A stretch of 26,670 nt of DNA, taken from the NCBI GenBank assembly GCA_937899865.1, contig CALBRH010000015.1, positions 1-26,670 on the forward strand, in the 5' to 3' direction. Origin of the DNA: an uncultured euryarchaeote. GTDB taxonomy: Archaea; Thermoplasmatota; Poseidoniia; Poseidoniales; Poseidoniaceae. Positions within the stretch are counted from its first letter, which is position 1, and each line of letters starts with the position of its first letter. The notes under the pieces are model-generated. The model saw nothing but the letters and a program-made list of their open reading frames with translations. It made no database searches and was not told the DNA's origin. The position numbers and the translations under genes are program-made. This document shows, in pieces, positions 15,095-24,759 of this stretch.

Positions 15095-18000
15095 ATGTAC
15101 GGGGGTTCAAATGTGCTAAATTCACTACATAGTATTACCATTGAATCAACCCCTAGCGGTATGCTGATGCCACATTGGCTACAAAAGGCATTAACCGAGA
15201 GTATTGGTAGCAATATCTTGATTTTATACCCGAGTGAAACATCTCGTCAAGCCGCTCTCAATGAATTATCAAGAACAAATTCTGCTATTGATTCGTCAAA
15301 GCATCTAACCATCAAGCGTCTAATCCGTGCATTACTTACCGATTTCCGCCAACCAAATGTCTTTGATGATGATAGTGTTCTACTCTACAAAATACATCAG
15401 GAATGCGTCAATAGGGCGGCCAAAGGCAAGTTTCCGCTATTGCATATAACTGGTAAGAAATGGGGCATTGGAAAGACGCACAGGTTATTACAATTACACC
15501 AAGAGATTGCCAAACTTCCAACAATACCTCCATGGGAATCCGACCCTGGCGTCAAGGAGTTTAGAAATGCTTTACTTGCAATCGAGAAATCATCTTCAGG
15601 AACCCATCCAGATTTGATGCAACATCACTTAAACCGTTTACTCGATAGCATTGACGGAGATAATCTGCCGTTCAGTCTTCGTGAACTGGCCGGCATAATT
15701 ATTCTTGACCATCCACCTGAATTTAGCGAAATAGAGAGAGAAATTTTCTCTAAGATTTCTCAATATGTATCAATTCATCAATTGTGTAATCCGGGTAAAT
15801 TTAGATTGGGATACAGTGGCGCATATTTGCAAGATGTCAAGTGGTGCAATCAATCGGATTTACCGCCATGGGTGCCATTTCACGAGGTCGAACAAGTAGA
15901 TCACGACTCACCATGGTGTTCTAGTGTGTCGGAATACAGAAATTCGCAATATCACAAAGTTGTTGTAGAACATTCTGGACACATAATAGATGCAACAACC
16001 AACCTTCTTGATAGCCTATCGATTGTTCCACAAGACAAGATTTTAATTGTCGATGCAGATTTACAAAACAGAGCTCACAGATGGCAGGAGATGTTACGGC
16101 AGTTGGGAATTTACAGTGCTAACAAAAAACATACAATTAGCCAAGAGCCATTGATTCAAGAATTGATTTATCATTTACAACTTGCTAGTGGCCTTGAAGC
16201 ATGGTCGTTTGAAAGGTTACGGCGGTTTGCCAATAGTACTAACTTCGCCATTAATTTCGATTTAACACATCCGACAAATCCCGAATTACTACCGCGCCCA
16301 CATACAGAGATTTTAGAAAACATATCTCGAAGTTTCCACGTATTAGGCGGCCCGGGAGCTGCTGAGCGTTGGTGCAAAACCTTAGACCAATCACACCAAC
16401 AAATAGGTGATTTTGATGATAGCATGGCAATCAAGCAAGAGGAAACGCAGTGGTGGTTAGCAAATATAATCAATTTATGGAATATTGTTGCAGATATTGA
16501 TTTCGAAATACCAAAGCTTGAAGGTTGTTATAGCGGCGATAAGTTGCCATTAATCGAGCCTCTTGATACACCGATAAAGTTGCTGGAGGCGTTGATAGAA
16601 AGCATAGATTGGACTACAATGATGGCCGATGATGCTCGCTTTAACAACTGTATTTTTGCAGTGGAAGCAGTAAAAGATAAGCTATACGCTATTGATTTAG
16701 AACAAGATTTAGCCGATGATGCCGACTTGAATTTTATTGATTTAGTCAAGCTTGTAATTTCTAATGAATATAATAATGCACCTAGGATTGATTGTGCAAA
16801 TGTTGTGATATGTTCTCCAAGTGATGCGTTTGGACAATCCGCCAATGTTGTAATTTTAGCAGGCTTAGATTCGGAGTCTTGGTCTATGAAACCAACCAAT
16901 GTTCCTTGGTTAGATAATGCTACTAAAGTAAAGTTGGGGTTGGCAAATTCAGATATTAAGGTTAGACAAGGACGTCACGAATTAAGACATATTCTCAACA
17001 GTAGTGATTCAATAATTGTAATTGATACTTCATTGGATGAAGCAGCAAGCCCCAGTCCGCCACTTTCAGAGTGGCTTGATGATGTTAGTGAAGATGAGTC
17101 TATTTTCACTACCTTGCCAACATTTGTTGAACCTGAAGAGTATGATGAAAATAATCGTCAAAGGTCTTGGAATTTGTTAACATCGGATAACAAAAAGGCA
17201 CTCAAACTGAGAATTTTTACTACAGAATATGATGGAAATACACCAATCAGTGTGAAATCTGGCAACAAAGGTCGAGACATTCGCCAACGTGCAGGTCTTG
17301 CATTACAAGATGGAAGGGAAGTAGAACTACTACCTAACAACAAATCATCTCTTGCTATGGCTTACGAATTACCGATAAATAACCGCTTACGGAATTCACA
17401 ACCGATAATGAAGGACATAGATGTAGGGCAATCAATGAATTGGCAAGAGCGAAATAAAATGATTTCATTTTCTTCAATAAATTTACGTCCTGGCGAGAGG
17501 TCTGCTAATTCAAATACGAGAGGGAATACTATTTGGCCCAATTTAGGGTACAAGATAAATGGCATTACTGTAAGTCCAGCAATTGATCCAAGGCCTTTAC
17601 CATTACAGTTAGATTTGCCTGTTACACTACAGGCTGTAATGGGTAATTCACAATCAGCCTTGCTTCCAAAACGATGGTCACCATATCGACTTCAAGCATG
17701 GCTAAAATGCCCAAGGCAAGCATGGCTTACCAATTATTTACAATTAACAAGTCATGAGGTTCAAAATGAAGACCTAGATAATCGAACGCGTGGTTTGTTA
17801 ATGCATGATATCGAAGCAGAAATCATGTCATTAAATGGCGTACCGGTATTTGACAAACCATTGACTAAATCTGTGCCACTGATAGATTCAACTCATAATG
17901 AAATAGATGTGCTTTGGCAAAAAAGCCTTCAATTCCTAGCATCTAAAAGCCCTTGGCTATCGAGAAAAAATGCTGTATCAGTCCATCGTTGCCGCGAGGT

Positions 18001-18733
18001 TATCGGAGTTACGCCAGATGTCTGGCAAGAATATCTTGATGGAGAGATATCGCTAGAGCCCAATGGCAAAATAGCCAATTACCTAACTGCAAGTTTGGCC
18101 TTGAAACATTCTGCTCCTTTGGTTTGTGAGTGGATGATTGCTTCACAATCCAAGTCACAAGTTACGATTACCGGTATAGCCGATGATGGCGAAATAGGAG
18201 AATTCTCTCTAGCAGGAAGGGTTGACAGGGTTGATGAGTTACATATTCCCGGGACCGATAATACTCAAAGATTGATTATAATTAGAGATATGAAAACCGT
18301 CAATGGTCCAAAGGTAAAATTACGTGGAGAAAGACATCGAAGAGCCATTTTTGATGAATTACAACTAGCCCTTTATGCCAAAGCTTGGGAAGCAGCATTT
18401 CCAGATGATAGAGTAATTGGTGTTGGAATTACTGAAGTTGGAGAGAATACAGAATATTATGTGGAAGTCGATCCAGATTATCTCGATGTTGTAGCAGACT
18501 TATCCATCGGAAAAATAACGACATATACATCGAAAACATATCGTGATTTAGATGAGGAAAAAAGCGGTGAAAGCAATGGTTTCCGTGCTTGGTTAGATGA
18601 GCGAATTAGAACTGCTTTACGAGTTGTCGATGGAGCCGAAAAAGGCCATGTTAATCCTACTGTAAGCGATGATTGTAAATTTTGCAAGGTTAGAAGATTA
18701 TGCCCGTCGGCAAAATTGGGGGGTAAATTATGA
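15095..18733 (+). CDS. AddB/AdnA-like protein: degenerate helicase-like N-terminus + Fe-S PD-(D/E)XK nuclease
   Basis: No Walker A seen. 'WSPYRLQAWLKCPRQAW' (Cys1), 'RGLLMH', 'GRVDRVD', 'IRDMKT', 'QLALY', terminal 'CKFCKVRRLC' (Cys2-4). Confidence 0.85.
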   Translation: MYGGSNVLNSLHSITIESTPSGMLMPHWLQKALTESIGSNILILYPSETSRQAALNELSRTNSAIDSSKHLTIKRLIRALLTDFRQPNVFDDDSVLLYKIHQECVNRAAKGKFPLLHITGKKWGIGKTHRLLQLHQEIAKLPTIPPWESDPGVKEFRNALLAIEKSSSGTHPDLMQHHLNRLLDSIDGDNLPFSLRELAGIIILDHPPEFSEIEREIFSKISQYVSIHQLCNPGKFRLGYSGAYLQDVKWCNQSDLPPWVPFHEVEQVDHDSPWCSSVSEYRNSQYHKVVVEHSGHIIDATTNLLDSLSIVPQDKILIVDADLQNRAHRWQEMLRQLGIYSANKKHTISQEPLIQELIYHLQLASGLEAWSFERLRRFANSTNFAINFDLTHPTNPELLPRPHTEILENISRSFHVLGGPGAAERWCKTLDQSHQQIGDFDDSMAIKQEETQWWLANIINLWNIVADIDFEIPKLEGCYSGDKLPLIEPLDTPIKLLEALIESIDWTTMMADDARFNNCIFAVEAVKDKLYAIDLEQDLADDADLNFIDLVKLVISNEYNNAPRIDCANVVICSPSDAFGQSANVVILAGLDSESWSMKPTNVPWLDNATKVKLGLANSDIKVRQGRHELRHILNSSDSIIVIDTSLDEAASPSPPLSEWLDDVSEDESIFTTLPTFVEPEEYDENNRQRSWNLLTSDNKKALKLRIFTTEYDGNTPISVKSGNKGRDIRQRAGLALQDGREVELLPNNKSSLAMAYELPINNRLRNSQPIMKDIDVGQSMNWQERNKMISFSSINLRPGERSANSNTRGNTIWPNLGYKINGITVSPAIDPRPLPLQLDLPVTLQAVMGNSQSALLPKRWSPYRLQAWLKCPRQAWLTNYLQLTSHEVQNEDLDNRTRGLLMHDIEAEIMSLNGVPVFDKPLTKSVPLIDSTHNEIDVLWQKSLQFLASKSPWLSRKNAVSVHRCREVIGVTPDVWQEYLDGEISLEPNGKIANYLTASLALKHSAPLVCEWMIASQSKSQVTITGIADDGEIGEFSLAGRVDRVDELHIPGTDNTQRLIIIRDMKTVNGPKVKLRGERHRRAIFDELQLALYAKAWEAAFPDDRVIGVGITEVGENTEYYVEVDPDYLDVVADLSIGKITTYTSKTYRDLDEEKSGESNGFRAWLDERIRTALRVVDGAEKGHVNPTVSDDCKFCKVRRLCPSAKLGGKL

Positions 18734-21700
18734 ACTTCCCATTTAACAATAGTCAGAAATTAGGTCTCGATATAGACAAACATATTGCCATCGATGCTGG
18801 TGCTGGAACTGGTAAAACTGCAGTTATGGCTGAAAGGTATGTGCAACACTTGCTTGCTGAATATCAACGAGCAAAACAATTACTCCCCAATGGTCCAAGA
18901 GCACCACTCCAAGGCCAAGGAGCGCTACGCTCACCAGCGAGAGAGAGAAGTAATTTGGTGGAATGGAAAGGCTTGTTACCAAGCGAGGTTGTAGCAATTA
19001 CCTTTACTAGAAAAGCAGCATCAGAGTTACGTAATAGAATACGTAAGAGATTGAGTAAAACCGATATTGATTTGTATTCAATTTCAAATGGTGATATCGA
19101 AATGCTGCTAAGCAGCCTCGAAGATGCACCGATATCTACGATTGATGCCTTTTTGTCAAAACTAGTAACACCTTATCTTGATATTTTGACTACCCAGCCG
19201 GCAGGAGAGCAAATCGCAGAATCAAGGTCGCCAATGCTGATTTCCGAAACGATCAATTCTGCTTGGCGCATTAGAACAATTTACGATGCCGATGAAGCAG
19301 GAGTTCTTGGTGACCGTCAAGGATTTATTGATGCAAGAAATAATCTCGCCATTTTACTCGGTGGGCAACGAAATGCAGAGATAGTCTTGGCAGGGTTGTT
19401 GAATACCTCGCTCTTTGTTGAAGAAACCAAGCGAACCATAAAGCAAAAATCAGAGGATAAAGGCATCGAATGGCGGGAAACTGAATTAGTCAATCCCGAT
19501 ATAATTCTAGATTTGATTGGCCATCCTGCAGAACCGTTTATTGACGAACTCTGTACTGAGATAAGAGGTGTGCTAAACAGTTGGTTAGATGTGTATCTCG
19601 AGCACCATTTGCATTATATTTTGGCCTGTGAGCAACAAATCGAAAGTCAAAGCACCAGATTCAATCAATTAGTGGAATTAGCAAGAAATATTCACCCAGA
19701 GGATAGTATTGGTAAACTGCAATGGGTATGGCTGGTGGCGGTTTGTTGTACTTCGAAATCATCACTAGATGGCTCTGAGCATAATCATTTTCCACGCAAT
19801 AGACTACCTAATGCAGATGATTGGCATGGAGGTATTCAAACCAACTCGAATGTCGACTTACCAAAGAAACAAATTGCAGAGGTTTCTGCTCAATCAACAC
19901 CTTTAGCCCAACAATTAAAGAGTATTTTGAATAGTAATCTTGGCCAATTAGCAAAGATACTAGGATGTAGTTCGTATACCTTTGACCCTAGAATACCATT
20001 ATCGTTTTTATCTGAAGAAAGCTCGTTAAATTATATTGAAATCACTGAGGATTTGGCTGCAGAGCCTCCTAATGGCAGAATACGCGTATCCAAACAATTA
20101 CAACTTTCTGTATTACGAGATTTACTAGTTGTCCACAAAGGTTGTCAACAAATTTTAACCCTAAGAAAAATGCAGGAAGGAGTACATGACTTCGACGATA
20201 TACAACGATTAGCAGCGGACTTACTACTCTCCCGCTGCCCGGAAATAGTACGTTACGATTATCCAGTCGAGGTAGTAGATATTCTGGACAATTTAGGTAA
20301 TGAACCATGGTCTGATAATCATATAGATCAAGCGAGACATTTGATTGATGACAAATATCCTCAATGGCGTGATGATTTTGAACGCAGAGTAGGGATTTTG
20401 AAAACAATTAGACAACAATTCCTTGCCTTCATTGTCGATGAATATCAAGATACAAACCCTGCACATTTTAGACTATTATCACGCCTTTGGGGTTCACGAA
20501 GAATCAAAGAAACATCAGATTATCATGGACCATGGGATCCAACAATTTGTATCGTCGGAGACATGAAGCAAAGCATCTATCGATTTAGACAAGCAGAAGT
20601 TACAGTGATGCGTCGTACAGTTGAAAATATTAAACGCATGAACCAAATTGAGTTTGGTAATACTAATTTTGAGTTTAGAACTTTAGATAATGCACGCGAC
20701 CCTAGGCCAATCGCTGGAGTTGATAGTTTCAAAACCAGCGTGAAATCATCAAAGGAATTGCCAAAAAACACTGGTAAATGGAACCAAATAGATTTCAATA
20801 AAACCGATAAAGGAGACATTATTACCGATGATGAAATCATTAAAAATAGAAAATACGGACATATTGATTTGACCTCAAATCACCGTACTGCACACGATTT
20901 AGTAAATACCTTGAACGAAGTATTCGGCGATGTATTCAATGAACGCCACCATAGTTTGCCTGGCGACTATCACGCAAAACCACAACCATTGAAGGCAGCG
21001 AAATTAGACACGCCTCATGGCAAATTGGAATGGTTAATGCCTCTAAAGGTGGATAATTTACCACAAGTAATTGACAATGAATTATTTGACGAATCAAACC
21101 CAACTCGTATCCACTTAGAGCATGAAATGATTGCTTTGAGGTTGCAAAATTTAATTCAAGGAATCCCATGTAAAGTTTGGAATCCATCAAAAATGGAATA
21201 TATGACTCTAGAAAAACCAACCGAGGAAATCAAACCAAGCGATATCACCATCCTAATTCATTCGAGAACCCATATCGCTGATTTAATCGAGCGGCTACAA
21301 GCTAGAGGCATACCGGTTATCTCCGACAAGCAGGGGCAATTACTCACTCAACCGATTGTTGAAAACCTAATGTCTGCACTAGATTTAATCGCTCACCCCA
21401 ATTCAAAATATGCTGCAGCATCATTGGCGAAATCACCAATTATCGGTTTGACAGACAAAGCATTGAATCAGCTATTTTCAACTCATTCAGAATCGGATAA
21501 TTGGTGGCAAACACTTGCAGATACCGTTTCAAATCCTAATGTTGCTAAATTATTATCTCATATAACTAAGCAAATATCGGGCTATAATGTCCACAATATC
21601 CTCAATGATATAATAGATAATTCTGATTTGATGTTTGCTTATTCTGATGATTCGTCTAGACAAAATGCCGAGCAATGGTGCAATTTGGTGTATGAGATTG

Positions 21701-23571
21701 GTAAAGATTGTGGCCATAATCCAGCAGAAATTTTTGCTCAGTTAGAAGCATTACAACACTTAGGAAACAAAGGCCCACAAGCATCAGCAACACCGTCATC
21801 TGGTGCAGTCAAGATTATGACGGTTCACGGCGCTAAAGGTTTGGAATCTAAGGTAGTAGTAGTATCGGGTATTTTCCAAGCAGGTCGTTATGATACCAAC
21901 ATTACTACACGAGAAAATGTGCTTGTGACTCCAGAGATAATTTCTGGGCGAATCAATCCATGGGCTTCGTTAGACCGTCCAGAAGATGGCCTTTGGCAGT
22001 TCACTAAAAATATCAATAGTGCTCAAAATCAAGCAGAGCGAAGAAGAGAATTTTATGTTGCATTAACTAGAGTTGAACATCATTTGATTATCGTAGGAAA
22101 CCCCACCAATAAAGCAGAGATGTGTTCTGAAACTGGATTGATACAGTATACTAGCAAACCTTCAGCTAAAACGATGGGGCATATGTGGATGGAAGCACTG
22201 AGATCGATTGCTCACAAAGGCGAATTGGCCGAATCTCCGTGGTTAAAAACCGATGATATTTTTGGCCAAGAATTAGGCGAATATGGTGAACATGAAGTAT
22301 CATTAGACCCTGTAAGCCTTTACTTTAATTCTCAACTTGGAAAAGGCAATATTAGGTCAATGGCAATTTACCATAGCCCAGATTGTTTCTCCGAAATCAA
22401 ACCGATGACTCCACAACAAAGATGGCAATTAGTCGAGGAAAAAATCGACTCAAAATCAACTATCGCCTTCAACGAGCAAGCGCAAAGAAAGGTGTCACAT
22501 ACATTGAAATTAGGTGCTAATGCCTTAGATAATAGCGTTCAATGCCGCCATCACCATTGGCCGAATAATTTAGCAGATTGGAACAATAATCGTTTGAATA
22601 AACTACTTGAAAACTCAGCAAAAGCCAGCACGGAATCTAGTGTTTTACCATCTGCTATCGAGTTTGGTTTGATGATGCACAGGTTGGTAGAAATCAGTTT
22701 AGATAATCCTAGTAAATATAATACCAAAATTACAGCTCCTCTGCCTGAAAGTTGGTTCAATAAGCCTGAGTATGAATTAACATCCAATCAATCAATTGAG
22801 ATTGTTTTGAGTGAGTTTGGGTTTAACAGAATAGATAAGTCAAGCGCTGAGCGATATGATGCAACCTTCGAGCGAATGCAAAAAGTTGCACAACTAGTCG
22901 ATAATGGGCTAACCGGTAATTACGCGAAGGGCAAGGAAATACATGGAATAGTTGCAGAAGGCCTTAGAACAGAATTGCCATTTTTGTACAATCATTTAGT
23001 TGAGGTAGATACAGCAAGACAGGTATTTAGGAATAGTCAAATGCAGGATATGGCCAATGTGTCCAATGTTGAGATTATTTTCGAGGGAAGGGCAGATTTA
23101 GTAATGGCATACGCAGATGCAGATGGCAAGGGATATTTGCAAGTGATAGATATGAAGACAACTGGATGTTTGTATGGATTTAATCAAGATAATCCGAAAC
23201 AAGGCACACCACTTCAAAATTTCAGCGGAGATATATTCGACAGATATCCATCTAATCCAGCCGAACAAAAAATCATTGACAAATACAAGTATCAATTAAC
23301 CCTGTATTCTAAAGCCCTTGAAGCAATTGAAAATGAGAAACCTGAGGCTGAAAGGAGAATAGTATCACCACCTGCAATCCTAATTGCAGCATCAGGAAGA
23401 ACGGTTGAAATGTCGCAAAAAGAGTATGAACAAGCTAAAGATGAATTAGACGAACAACTATCTTGGATAGGAGAATTAGTAGCCAACCCTCAAAGTCCAA
23501 ACGAACCAGATAGGATGACCATGGAGCATGCTATGATTTGCTGGAATACAGGAATTGAACCGCAAGATTAG
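18730..23571 (+). CDS. AddA/AdnB-like UvrD-family (SF1A) helicase with C-terminal RecB-family nuclease
   Basis: Walker A AGAGTGKT, 'TFTRKAASE', 'STIDAF', 'VDEYQDTN', 'VGDMKQSIYRFR', 'NHRT', 'MTVHGAKGLE', 'FYVALTRVE'; nuclease 'GRADL', 'IDMKT', 'QLTLY'; ATGA overlap with the partner gene. Confidence 0.92.
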   Translation: MNFPFNNSQKLGLDIDKHIAIDAGAGTGKTAVMAERYVQHLLAEYQRAKQLLPNGPRAPLQGQGALRSPARERSNLVEWKGLLPSEVVAITFTRKAASELRNRIRKRLSKTDIDLYSISNGDIEMLLSSLEDAPISTIDAFLSKLVTPYLDILTTQPAGEQIAESRSPMLISETINSAWRIRTIYDADEAGVLGDRQGFIDARNNLAILLGGQRNAEIVLAGLLNTSLFVEETKRTIKQKSEDKGIEWRETELVNPDIILDLIGHPAEPFIDELCTEIRGVLNSWLDVYLEHHLHYILACEQQIESQSTRFNQLVELARNIHPEDSIGKLQWVWLVAVCCTSKSSLDGSEHNHFPRNRLPNADDWHGGIQTNSNVDLPKKQIAEVSAQSTPLAQQLKSILNSNLGQLAKILGCSSYTFDPRIPLSFLSEESSLNYIEITEDLAAEPPNGRIRVSKQLQLSVLRDLLVVHKGCQQILTLRKMQEGVHDFDDIQRLAADLLLSRCPEIVRYDYPVEVVDILDNLGNEPWSDNHIDQARHLIDDKYPQWRDDFERRVGILKTIRQQFLAFIVDEYQDTNPAHFRLLSRLWGSRRIKETSDYHGPWDPTICIVGDMKQSIYRFRQAEVTVMRRTVENIKRMNQIEFGNTNFEFRTLDNARDPRPIAGVDSFKTSVKSSKELPKNTGKWNQIDFNKTDKGDIITDDEIIKNRKYGHIDLTSNHRTAHDLVNTLNEVFGDVFNERHHSLPGDYHAKPQPLKAAKLDTPHGKLEWLMPLKVDNLPQVIDNELFDESNPTRIHLEHEMIALRLQNLIQGIPCKVWNPSKMEYMTLEKPTEEIKPSDITILIHSRTHIADLIERLQARGIPVISDKQGQLLTQPIVENLMSALDLIAHPNSKYAAASLAKSPIIGLTDKALNQLFSTHSESDNWWQTLADTVSNPNVAKLLSHITKQISGYNVHNILNDIIDNSDLMFAYSDDSSRQNAEQWCNLVYEIGKDCGHNPAEIFAQLEALQHLGNKGPQASATPSSGAVKIMTVHGAKGLESKVVVVSGIFQAGRYDTNITTRENVLVTPEIISGRINPWASLDRPEDGLWQFTKNINSAQNQAERRREFYVALTRVEHHLIIVGNPTNKAEMCSETGLIQYTSKPSAKTMGHMWMEALRSIAHKGELAESPWLKTDDIFGQELGEYGEHEVSLDPVSLYFNSQLGKGNIRSMAIYHSPDCFSEIKPMTPQQRWQLVEEKIDSKSTIAFNEQAQRKVSHTLKLGANALDNSVQCRHHHWPNNLADWNNNRLNKLLENSAKASTESSVLPSAIEFGLMMHRLVEISLDNPSKYNTKITAPLPESWFNKPEYELTSNQSIEIVLSEFGFNRIDKSSAERYDATFERMQKVAQLVDNGLTGNYAKGKEIHGIVAEGLRTELPFLYNHLVEVDTARQVFRNSQMQDMANVSNVEIIFEGRADLVMAYADADGKGYLQVIDMKTTGCLYGFNQDNPKQGTPLQNFSGDIFDRYPSNPAEQKIIDKYKYQLTLYSKALEAIENEKPEAERRIVSPPAILIAASGRTVEMSQKEYEQAKDELDEQLSWIGELVANPQSPNEPDRMTMEHAMICWNTGIEPQD

Positions 23572-24215
23572 GAATTTTTCTTTTGACCGACAAAGACCAA
23601 TGTCACACCGTTTTCTCCACCAGCAATCCAATGCTTGACATTTTCAAATCCAGCATCTTTCCATGCTTGTTGCCATTGTTCAGTAGTTCTAGTAGACATG
23701 TGAACGCCGACATAGTCGGGCCAAGACAAACTATCCTCGTTTTCTGCATAGTGATCGATTCCAATCACTGCCCAACCGCTATCATTAAGCCAATAGTCAT
23801 GAAATAGCTTAAGCATGTTTTCAGGCTCTTTAAGATAGTATAGAAATTCCATCGAGTGGATAAAATCGAATTTACGCTTAGGCTGAAAATCAGGCAATAA
23901 TGCCAGTGTATAATCGGTATCCCTGTCGATGGCTTTTGCTTTGGTAATCATTGCTTCAGCACCATCAATACCCATTGCATATTCACATTTTCCATGCGAT
24001 TTTAATTTCCTAACCACCCATCCATTTCCACACCCAACATCAACCGCGCTGAAATTCTGTTCAGTTGATTCGACTTGCTGCCAAATAAATTCTAACATTT
24101 CACTAACTGATGCAGCATGACCTTTTTCCATTCCTTCATCTTTACCGACTAATGCCCAATCATGAAAAACATCGGTAGCGGGTCTTTTGGCCATAAACCT
24201 TGGTAAAAGATTCAC
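23568..24215 (-). CDS. Class I SAM-dependent methyltransferase
   Basis: Motif I 'VDVGCGNG', 'GIDGAEAMI', 'FDFIHSMEFLYY'. The start may be ATG 24194 (MAKRP) instead of GTG 24215. Confidence 0.88.
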   Translation of the reverse strand: MNLLPRFMAKRPATDVFHDWALVGKDEGMEKGHAASVSEMLEFIWQQVESTEQNFSAVDVGCGNGWVVRKLKSHGKCEYAMGIDGAEAMITKAKAIDRDTDYTLALLPDFQPKRKFDFIHSMEFLYYLKEPENMLKLFHDYWLNDSGWAVIGIDHYAENEDSLSWPDYVGVHMSTRTTEQWQQAWKDAGFENVKHWIAGGENGVTLVFVGQKKNS

Positions 24216-24237
24216 TCAATAAATCGTCGCTTTGAAT

Positions 24238-24642
24238 TCAGTAGACCAATTGCACATCAGATTCAGCACTAAGAGCAATCACTCCAGGAGGGCCACTCCA
24301 CGTCATCCAATCTTGGTAACCTTTGAGTAATATCGAATCAGCATTCTCTTTGGTTACTCCATTTGCTGCTTGTGAACCGGTTGAGCAGTAGATATTTTTA
24401 GCTCCTTCAGTAATGGTTTTTACCATACCAAAGATCATTCCTTCAGGCAGTGTTCCCGACTCATTTATGCCGCTAATATATTCGGAATTCAACATTTTTA
24501 CTCCATCCGCAGCAAAGAACATGTCAACGTCATATCCATCACTAATTGCTTGCGCAGCACATGCTAGTCCAACAACACATTTTCTTAAATCAACATCAGG
24601 GTCGGTGACAATTTTCACAAAGAATTTCTTACTCATGGTCAC
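24238..24642 (-). CDS. DsrE/DsrF-like (sulfur-relay/peroxiredoxin-like) protein
   Basis: 'GLACAAQAISDGYDVDMFFAADGV' and 'IYCSTGSQAANG' fit the DsrE fold pattern; the start may be ATG 24636. Confidence 0.7.
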   Translation of the reverse strand: MTMSKKFFVKIVTDPDVDLRKCVVGLACAAQAISDGYDVDMFFAADGVKMLNSEYISGINESGTLPEGMIFGMVKTITEGAKNIYCSTGSQAANGVTKENADSILLKGYQDWMTWSGPPGVIALSAESDVQLVY

Positions 24643-24759
24643 TACTAATTCAATTCAGTATATCATTTATTGTAAATTGTGGGTAAACTAAGGTTAGCAC
24701 TCAGGGAGATAGAGACAATTCAGACTAACCCTTATTGGTGCCGGGCTTAACCCTCATTC

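Noticed and set aside
17670-18733. Cas4 / CRISPR adaptation gene
   Set aside because: The Cas4-like Fe-S nuclease is the C-terminal domain of a 1212-aa AddB-like protein; no cas1, cas2 or repeat array in the window.
23568-24215. Arsenite methyltransferase ArsM
   Set aside because: Lacks the several conserved Cys of ArsM; only two Cys are present.
24694-24720. CIRCE element (TTAGCACTC-N9-GAG...)
   Set aside because: The left arm is perfect but only 3/9 of the right arm matches; HrcA is bacterial and the downstream gene is not a chaperone.
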